From Ginkgo biloba (lineage: Eukaryota; Plantae; Ginkgophyta): DNA of 19,875 bases. How positions within the stretch are numbered: position 1 is the first letter of the stretch; the number at the start of each line of letters is the position of its first letter. The notes under the pieces are model-generated. The model had not been told where the DNA came from. It searched no databases and saw only the letters and a program-made list of their open reading frames with translations. The position numbers and the translations under genes were made by a program. Shown piece after piece: positions 11,801-19,875 of this stretch. The DNA lies in the NCBI GenBank assembly GCA_024626585.2, contig JANKJI020000002.1, positions 164,785,900 through 164,805,774 on the forward strand. The letters are read 5' to 3'.

Positions 11801-12638
11801 AAGAGTATAAATTTTATACAGTATTATATGGATTCGTATAAGAAGTATTAAGAAATAAGGATAAGATAAATAAAATAAAATCTATAGTTTTTGTGACATT
11901 ATAAACAAAGGCATCAGGTTCTTCATCGAGCCAACCATAATAGAAGAATTGAGCTTATTACAAGAATGTATTAAATATCCAAGGGTTGAAAGAATGTAAT
12001 GTTGTTGTATAATTTTGAGAAAGGTTTATAAATAAATTTTAAATGACTTTAGNNNNNNNNNNNNNNNAGAGAATGAATATTCAAAAAAGAATATTAATTA
12101 CAATAGTTAATATTTTGAATGTAAGATTTTTAGATAGGTGTTTAGAAGAGATATGCACCTTAATAAAATACCATGGGTGAGAGAAAAGTATAGGTTGATA
12201 TTGTTGAAAATATAATGCAATATCTAAAGCTTGAACAAAATATCTAATTCACAAATATCATCTATGTATTTTGTAATGATNNNNNNNNNNNNNGTTTCTT
12301 AGATTATTTCATTTCATGTACGCATTACGATTATTTATTTGATGTTATTAATTATTATTTGTAAGTTGAGCTTGTGATAGTTGAGATATTGGGACATGTG
12401 TATGCATGCATTAAAGTTGTTGAATCATTATTGTACTAGAAATAAGTAATATAACCATACAAAACTATAAACTATGGTCAAATCGATAGTCTAACTATTG
12501 TTTTTAAAAATTTATATTGATTTTTAATTAAACCCCTANNNNNNNNNNNNNNNNNNNNNNNNNNNNNNNNNNNNNNNNNNNNNNNNNNNNNNNNNNNNNN
12601 NNNNNNNNNNNNNNNNNNNNNNNNNNNNNNNNNNNNNN

Positions 12639-13750
12639 TCCTCAATAGGATTAGACCCCATAAGACCATGTGATATCCCCTCCTAGTTAGGATGGCACAT
12701 CATTTCTACTCATCATTATGAAGGTTCAAGGGGGGAAGTCTTCTATCACTCTAGTCAGTTGTCTCCCCTTATGGTCTAATAGGGTTGTGACCCCAAAAAT
12801 CAAATCATGTGGACCATTTTTAAGATTAACTCATAAAATATTAGTGTGGAAAGTGTTTATGACTCTAATGGAATATAGTATTGTGGGATTGGATGGGAGG
12901 ATTTCCTTTATAATCCTCTTGGGTAATCCTATTAGATTTTAATATGATTAAAGGTGGTAGTGATATGTAGGGAGGAGAAGCCTCTATAATCATACCGGGG
13001 GATTTTTACTCTTAGATTAATTATAATATTAAGTTGAGGTTGTTGGAGTTATCTCCACAAAGAGCCCTAGATGCAAAGTGGTTTGCTTGAACTAATAAAG
13101 GCAAGGCCTAGACAGGGTTTGGGCCAAGTTGGACAAACTCTACTTTTCTTTAGATTTGGTGCCCAATTTCTCCCCAAACTATGTTACCCTACACCCATCT
13201 GCTACTCAATCTAATCATTTTCTAGTTTCTACTATAACTCACTTGGGCCCAACATGGGTTCCTAATGCCAAGTTGCTTTTTAAGCTAAACGTCTCCCATT
13301 TGCAAGACCAAGAATGCTTGGTAGGTATCCAAAAGGTTTGACATCTTGTGCCATGCCCCTTTAGCAGGGAAGGGTATATAGAGTGGTGGGAAGTGGCTAT
13401 CACTTGTATTGTCAATTGGCTTAGAGGATTTGGTAAGTGAAAGCTAGTAAGTGGAGACCTAAGGAGAGGTCTTTGACTGAAGCCTTGTTAGCAATACAAG
13501 CCCAATTTTGAGCAAGTCCTTATGATCCTACACTTCAAAGTTTGGAGAGTAAGTTTTTTTAGGAACTTTAAGACATGCAAAATTACAAGTTGCAAAGGAT
13601 CCAAATTAGAGCCCGACTGCATTGGATTAAGGATGGAGATAGCCCCTCCAAATTCTTCTTCTCTTCTTTGAAAAAGAAGGAACGTGCTTCTAGAATTCCA
13701 GTGTTTAAGGATAATAATGGAAATTAGAGAGTTGGATAGGAAGAATACAT
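12639..13750 (+). mobile_element. Second degenerate LINE ORF2 fragment (APE endonuclease plus linker), distinct L1/Tx1-like lineage
   Basis: Ordered EN motifs across frameshifts: SVYDSN (VYAPN, ~12852), IIPGDF (GDFN, 12998-13006), WFA*TN (FTWTN), VWAKLDKLYFS (RLDRFY), SNHFLV (SDH.PV), FKLNVSHLQD, then IQIRARLHWIKDGDSPSKFFFSSLKKKERASRIPVFKDNNG. Homology ends at a (TA)n tract before the RT. Confidence 0.88.
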
Positions 13751-13765
13751 TATATATATATATAT
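13751..13765. repeat. (TA)7 microsatellite
   Basis: Perfect TA run at the point where the second LINE's homology stops. Confidence 0.9.
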
Positions 13766-15832
13766 GTTGTCGGGTGCTCGTACATTGGGTATTGGGGATG
13801 GTCGGGCCAATGGTGAAGAAAAGTTGCAGACAACAGNNNNNNNNNNNNNNNNNNNNNNNNNNNNNNNNNNNNNNNNNNNNNNNNNNNNNNNNNNNNNNNN
13901 NNNNNNNNNNNNNNNNNNNNNNNNNNNNNNNNNNNNTCTGCATTGTAGTATGTACATGTATGTATTTACTTACATTTAACATGACACATACCCTTACTTA
14001 ACATGAGTGCATATACTCACACACATCATATCATAGTAGTATAGCTTGGGAGGTAAGGCTCTTGGTTTTATTTTTGTGGCTAGTGAAAAGTTGAAAACCC
14101 CTAAAGACATTTGACATGGTTGGCATACATGTGATAGGAACTAATGACTTGGTGGCTATCCCTATATAGAAACATATGCCTTAATGCTTCGACAAGTTCA
14201 CACTTATGTTAACTTTCTATTATGAAACCCATTGCCTTTCATGCATCTCTTGTTGTCATCCATCTATCTCTGACAAAACTTATTTAGGGCCTATAAGGTC
14301 TTATTTATAAGCCATTGAGGGTTTGATGCTTATAATGCCATACATCTTCCACACAAACCACTCGTTGTCTCCAACTCATGGTCAATGAGTTAGTAGTGCT
14401 TAGTAATCTCATAAGAGATTGAACTTGAACCCTATCAAGAAATTTGCTTTGAAAATGTTCATGTCAAAACTATTTAAGTATTTGCCCAAGATGGTCAGTG
14501 AAATAATAAACTTGAAATATCTAACTTAAATATTCTAATAGAGTTTATCTTACCCTCATATAAGAAAGAGTTCTATAATTGCCATTTATAATTTCGGGAC
14601 ATTGATAGAAAAACTTCTCAAACTCCTATGTTTTGTTTAACTACATGGCCATTGCTAATAGGGAATATAGAGGCTAAATCATCATGAAGTCATACACTCT
14701 CCACTACATGATGTTATATAGGTAATAAAAGCATACATCTTTCTTATGCTCTACATACTACATGTCACTTTTAAATAGATAAGATGATCAATTTTTATAT
14801 CCCCTAGTTGTGCTAAAATTGAGCTAATTATGAGAGATAATGCCTCCATATGTACATGAAATTTTTCCTTCCAATTTAGAGATTACAATATGGGAGCTTT
14901 AAATGTCCTAGTATTTAATTATTCAAAAGATTATTGTTATTATATGGTCCATACAAATGCTACATCTTTTCTTAATATATTTTCTAAAGGAATAACAATA
15001 CTTGTGTATCCTTTGATGAACTTTCTATAATAGACAGTATATCCTAAGAAATTTTTTATTTGTGAAGGTTTTACTAGAGCTTACAACTGTAATATCATTC
15101 ACACTTTTATTGGATCTACCATTATCCTTTCTCTACAAACTATATGTTCCAACAACTTTCCAAAGGATGTCAACATTTGACATTTGGTTTAATTTAATGA
15201 AATTTTAGCCTCTTCGTGTATTTGCAACATAATACACAAATTCNNNNNNNNNNNNNNNNNNNNNNNNNNNNNNNNNNNNNNNNNNNNNNNNNNNNNNNNN
15301 NNNNNNNNNNNNNNNNNNNNNNNNNNNNNNNNNNNNNNNNNNNNNNNNNNNNNNNNNNNNNNNNNNNNNNNNNNNNNNNNNNNNNNNNNNNNNNNNNNNN
15401 NNNNNNNNNNNNNNNNNNNNNNNNNNNNNNNNNNNNNNNNNNNNNNNNNNNNNNNNNNNNNNNNNNNNNNNNNNNNNNNNNNNNNNNNNNNNNNNNNNNN
15501 NNNNNNNNNNNNNNNNNNNNNNNNNNNNNNNNNNNNNNNNNNNNNNNNNNNNNNNNNNNNNNNNNNNNNNNNNNNNNNNNNNNNNNNNNNNNNNNNNNNN
15601 NNNNNNNNNNNNNNNNNNNNNNNNNNNNNNNNNNNNNNNNNNNNNNNNNNNNNNNNNNNNNNNNNNNNNNNNNNNNNNNNNNNNNNNNNNNNNNNNNNNN
15701 NNNNNNNNNNNNNNNNNNNNNNNNNNNTGCTTTTGAGGACACACTAGAGTTGGCATCCGTTCTGCATTCCCCTTCTGCTCACATATTGGCGGATTGGGTT
15801 GATAGAAGGATTGTTAATGCAATCCGTGCGAC

Positions 15833-16013
15833 ATGAATCGGAGCAGCAAATTCCCATGTACGGCAGTGCAGCACAGGCGAGGTCGCAGTCTTACCAACGT
15901 TAATATTAAAGATCGAGATGAAGATCTCGCACTGTTTCATGAGATGGGCAAAATCGAAAACGATCGCCACAGTCTCCTGCTGAACGCATCGGACGAGTTC
16001 GAATCTCGTTTGG
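15833..16013 (+). CDS. BPP-family (basic proline-rich, microtubule-associated; At2g40070-like) gene, coding exon 1
   Basis: ATG at 15833 reads MNRSSKFPCTAVQHRRGRSLTNVNIKDRDEDLALFHEMGKIENDRHSLLLNASDEFESRL. The MNRS...K-D/E-x-DEDLALFxEM...LLL...DEFE pattern is the family N-terminus as I recall it. GT donor at 16014 (ttgg|gtactt), phase 1. Confidence 0.9.
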
Positions 16014-16117
16014 GTACTTGTAACTTTTGTTTGGAATTTCAGAGTCCAAAGTATATGAGTTTGGACTGTTCTGATCAATTGAATTGCTTGTTTACATTCG
16101 TTTCGTGATGTATGCAG

Positions 16118-16229
16118 CAAATGCCAAATTGAGCAGCTCTCCAATGTCTAAAATCACAGCACCCGCTGCAAAGAAAGGAGGATCGGATAATTTGCTAATA
16201 GCAGATGGTGACAAAAATGACTATGATTG
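16118..16229 (+). CDS. BPP-family gene, coding exon 2
   Basis: Acceptor tatgcag| (AG 16116-16117) after a 104-nt T-rich intron. The phase-1 join gives A-NAKLSSSPMSKITAPAAKKGGSDNLLIADGDKNDYD-W. Donor tg|gtatga at 16230, phase 2. Confidence 0.92.
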
Positions 16230-17311
16230 GTATGAGCATTTTTGGATTTTTATGGATCTAGGCTTGCCCTTTATGTTATTTATGACTTTAAGCAATCTGG
16301 GTTATCTATAATGGGAAAAGAGCGGTTTTTGTTTTTGCCAATTGGCTATTTTGGGCTTCTTCTTTTTTTCGGATAATTGGATTCGCAAATTAGAGAAATT
16401 GCTGCAAAATATTTGCCCAAATTATCAAGATTCAAAGCCGAATCTTACTGATTTGACTAGATCTCTCAGCAGTTGTTTTCGGAGCATTGTATTAATTAAT
16501 AGAACAAGAAGCTTACATCATTTAAAAATTACCAGATGACTGGCCTATTCTATCTACATCTTAGGGACACGAAGCACCTTCCCTATTCCATTGCCTCTAA
16601 CCAAACAACCTTTCACCAAGCGGGGAATCAGGTCATCTTGATTTTTAACTAAAATAAAATGAGGAAGAGTTATACTTGCAAAAATCATAGCAATGTAGTG
16701 AAGGAAGAGAGAGCCACATAAATGTCGTTAGGTTACTAGATTCATCAGTAGATAAAAAAATATAACTTCCATTACATCTGCATCATCCCTATAATAATAT
16801 TAGATTGCCCAAGCATGGGCTAAGATTATATTGTTGTTACTAGATAAATATCTTCAGTAACTGTAAAAGGGCAAGTGGTTGTTGCCAACCACCTTTTNNN
16901 NNNNNNNNNNNNNNNNNNNNNNNNNNNNNNNNNNNNNNNNNNNNNNNNNNNNNNNNNNNNNNNNNNNNNNNNNNNNNNNNNNNNNNNNNNNNNNNNNNNN
17001 NNNNNNNNNNNNNNNNNNNNNNNNNNNNNNNNNNNNNNNNNNNNNNNNNNNNNNNNNNNNNNNNNNNNNNNNNNNNNNNNNNNNNNNNNNNNNGTATCCA
17101 ACGGACAGTTTTGCCCACTAGACCAAGCCCTTCTTGTCTAATTTGATATATTATACATATTAGGACCCATCCATGCACATGCACGCGCGCACACTCTCTC
17201 TCTGCTACGATCTCTTGGTAAATAATTGCCAAGATATTATTTTGTTTATATTTTACTATTATCTTAATATTTTATAACTGTCAGTATTACTTTACAATAC
17301 TTTGATCTAAC

Positions 17312-17470
17312 CATAGTTAGTATTGAGTCAACAATGGCTAAGTACTGTCTGGCAATGGGTAAGTATTGGGCCAAACACAAGTCAGTAATGAGCTAATAAC
17401 AGTTAGGTACAGGATCGGATGGTCAGTTGCTTAATGATAGCTGGTATTGAGCAACCATAAAGTATTAAGT
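17312..17470 (+). repeat. Degenerate ~22-bp tandem repeat in BPP intron 2
   Basis: An RGTA-TTG/CTG/ATG/CAG core recurs at 17319, 17341, 17362, 17384 and 17406 (spacing 22, 21, 22, 22), with weaker copies near 17443-17470. Confidence 0.55.
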
Positions 17471-17821
17471 ACAGTCTGTTTATCTCTGTAATGACCAAAA
17501 TATTGTCGGATCATACACTGAAGTGTCTTAAACACTCAGAGGCAGTGCTCACATCTACTTGAAATGTTGTAATCACTTTTTCTTTTCTGAATAAAGTTTC
17601 CTATATGCAGTTAACATACATAAATGTGGCCATTGCCTACCTGAGAATCCTTCTCTGCTTGAAATATCTCAAATTTTGAATGCTTTTCTCTCTTGTTATT
17701 CTATTACTTTGTGCTTGCCTAGTTCTGGATGTACCATAACCCTTTTTGCAACTCAACTTCATTTTCGTATGTAGTGCAATCTTCCGGCTCAATCTAATTC
17801 TCTAAATATTTTTTCAAACAG

Positions 17822-17942
17822 GCTTCTAACACCACCTGGTACCCCTCTTTTCCCTTCGTTGGAAATGGAGGCTCAAGCTACAGGTTTGGCTCAAAAAGGG
17901 TCTCCTCTGCTCCGGCCAGCCACTGCATTGAAAGCTTCAAGA
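17822..17942 (+). CDS. BPP-family gene, coding exon 3 (gene continues past the window end)
   Basis: Acceptor ttttcaaacag| (AG 17820-17821). TG+G restores Trp and completes the family signature DKNDYDWLLTPPGTPLFPSLEME, then AQATGLAQKGSPLLRPATALKASR. Canonical donor aga|gtaagt at 17943, phase 0. Not in the ORF track; found by manual translation. Confidence 0.93.
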
Positions 17943-19875
17943 GTAAGTGTCTTTGCACTGTTAGACATTATGCATGTTGGTGTTCAAGGATTCCATTAGT
18001 TCTGAACTTCTGATGAATCTGTAGAAGAATGAAGATCATGACCTNNNNNNNNNNNNNNNCTCAGCATGCAATGCAATCAGGGAGATTTATATTTGATTAT
18101 CAGATCATGTTGCCATTTAACTTTTGTCAATGGATAAGACAATCATTAACAATTGATACAGATCTTCATACATTGGTTGTCCATGTTGATTGACTTACTA
18201 TTTCTGGCAGACAGTTGTAGTAAGCCAATTGAATTTGATCTTGAATGCATCAGTCCTTCACTTTCCTCCATGAAATGAGTGGAAACCAACTATAATCTTG
18301 GTGCAAATTTTATAGTTATGTAGTATCAACACTGTAAAAAAAATGTCTGCCTCTACTCATGCTACTGTCGTGTCTCTGTGGCTCTCTTTATTTGCTTCCT
18401 TGACATTAAAAGATTCTATGCAATTGCTTTTTGCATTCCATTTGTGCTTTAAATGCAAAAGTGAATGTGGATAATTTTGATGTTCATGGAGGTCAAAATG
18501 GTCTGTAGGACCTCAATACAAAATTACACTTTTTGGTAATAAACTAGGATTGCCCAAAATATTTAAAATGACTTTGTGGTAACAAAACTAATAGTTGTTG
18601 TGTTTCTTGTCTCATATGAGATACAACATCATTACAGAAGGATTGGGAAGAAATTGATAGACAAAAACGAATTGGTTTGTCTTGCATCATGTACAAACTA
18701 GACTGGATTATTGCTCAAAATCTCCATATTCTTCTCTCTGTACTCAAGTTATATTCCCTTGATTTTATGAATAATCACTGCCACTTCCTTGACATTCTAT
18801 TCTTTCAGAAAATACTGTAGGCATGGTCCCATGTAGAGATTGTTTCAATACATGGCTTTCGTTCTTATTAAAATGGTACTAAGAGTGTACAATAGCAGGT
18901 AGGAACTGTCAATAAGGAAGTAATGTAACCACTATTGGGTTGGTAAGAACAATATACATAAACTATGCATCCTGTATGGATATCAAAATGCATACTAGAT
19001 ACGGATAAGAGAAGACACACAATTAGGGTGGTCAACAATGACCAAATGCTTGAGGCACAAATGACGATTTTATAAATAATGTGTGGGTAGTACTCTCCCT
19101 ACCCTCTCCATATCCAGTGTCTCAAGCCTCTTCATTGGTTTATATGACCTGTTGGTTAATTGATACTTCCAAGTAATTGCAAAGTTGGGCTTTATATAGA
19201 GCAGATTCTTGATGAATGAATCTTTATTCCTTATCAGCAACAGGCTAGTGGCTTCAAATGCTTTGTGGAAAACTCTTTTCATGCTAGGATATTGACTAGA
19301 GATTATGGTACTTTCCTTGCAGCCTGAGAAGAGTCTATTGTTGGTAGTTGGTTGAGCACTTACACAATGATGCCTTGGTAAACATGTTGGCCCTTTGCAG
19401 GTGTACCAAGACCTTTATATGTCTGAGAATTTTTCTCTTGCAATATGACTATTGATAAAAGTTTGGATTAAATATTTCTCCCTGCCACATTTCACCATTT
19501 GATATCAGAGTTCTTACACTTATCTGTAACTGAGGGGATTTAACCTAACAATCTAGCCAGAATTGTTGTATGGTGACAGTCGATGCCTTATTGCTTGAAT
19601 CTCTTTCTGGAACATGTCAAAGCCTTCCATAAAGTTATCGATTGCTTGTCTTTTACTCCATGTGATCCTCTGAATTTAAATTGTAATCTTGCCTCACAAC
19701 CCCCCATGATTCTTTCCAATCTTTTTATTGAAAGGGTGCGGCAATTTTTTTTCCTTCTTTTCCTTTATCAATCGAATGGTTTGTCCAATCACTCTATCAT
19801 GCTCTGGTCCTGATCCATTAGATTAGTTGGGTCTCTTTATTGTGTATTTTCTACCTTGTTAGTGAGTTTGATTAG

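Noticed and set aside
15779-16144. 121-aa antisense ORF over exon 1/intron 1
   Set aside because: It is explained by the GC-richer, stop-poor exon on the opposite strand, and has no recognisable motif.
16585-16612. MITE-like terminus (ttccattgcctctaaccaaacaacc)
   Set aside because: No matching inverted partner or target-site duplication was found nearby.
6172-17232. Long ORFs in the supplied track (e.g. 6172-7086, 10502-11440, 15194-15836, 16826-17232)
   Set aside because: They consist mostly of X residues from N gaps and are artefacts of translating through gaps.
18394-18796. 13-bp direct repeat cttccttgacatt (~18394 and ~18784)
   Set aside because: An isolated match with no element-like structure between the copies; compatible with chance in AT-rich sequence.
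19583-19813. 76-aa ORF containing LFLEHVKAFHKV, resembling the LINE RT motif D..KAFD.V
   Set aside because: Both diagnostic Asp residues are absent and no neighbouring RT motifs are readable; likely a chance intronic ORF.

Overview
Eukaryotic land-plant genomic DNA from a gapped draft assembly. It is AT-rich, with spliceosomal introns and old plant retroelements; a large-genome lineage such as a gymnosperm is my guess only. The left ~14 kb holds decayed retrotransposons, all on the + strand: (i) a Ty3/Gypsy CRM-like LTR, PBS and gag relic (~0.7-3.0 kb); (ii) a near full-length dead L1-type LINE with endonuclease, RT, zf-RVT and C-terminal RNase H (~3.4-8.9 kb), carrying a ~50-bp minisatellite upstream of ORF2; (iii) an unidentified coding-like relic (~11.4-12.3 kb); (iv) the endonuclease/linker part of a second, different LINE lineage (~12.6-13.75 kb). 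The right end holds the first three coding exons (15833-16013, 16118-16229, 17822-17942) of an intact-looking host gene of the plant BPP (basic proline-rich, microtubule-associated; At2g40070-like) family, which continues beyond the window. I found no convincing new multi-gene system. The most interesting signals are a methylation-derived mutation footprint that changes from TE to gene, an overlapping uORF on the BPP start, an LTR apparently flanked by both PPT and PBS, and the unassigned relic ORF. Six gaps are exactly 100 N (probably placeholder sizes), so distance and adjacency across them are uncertain.
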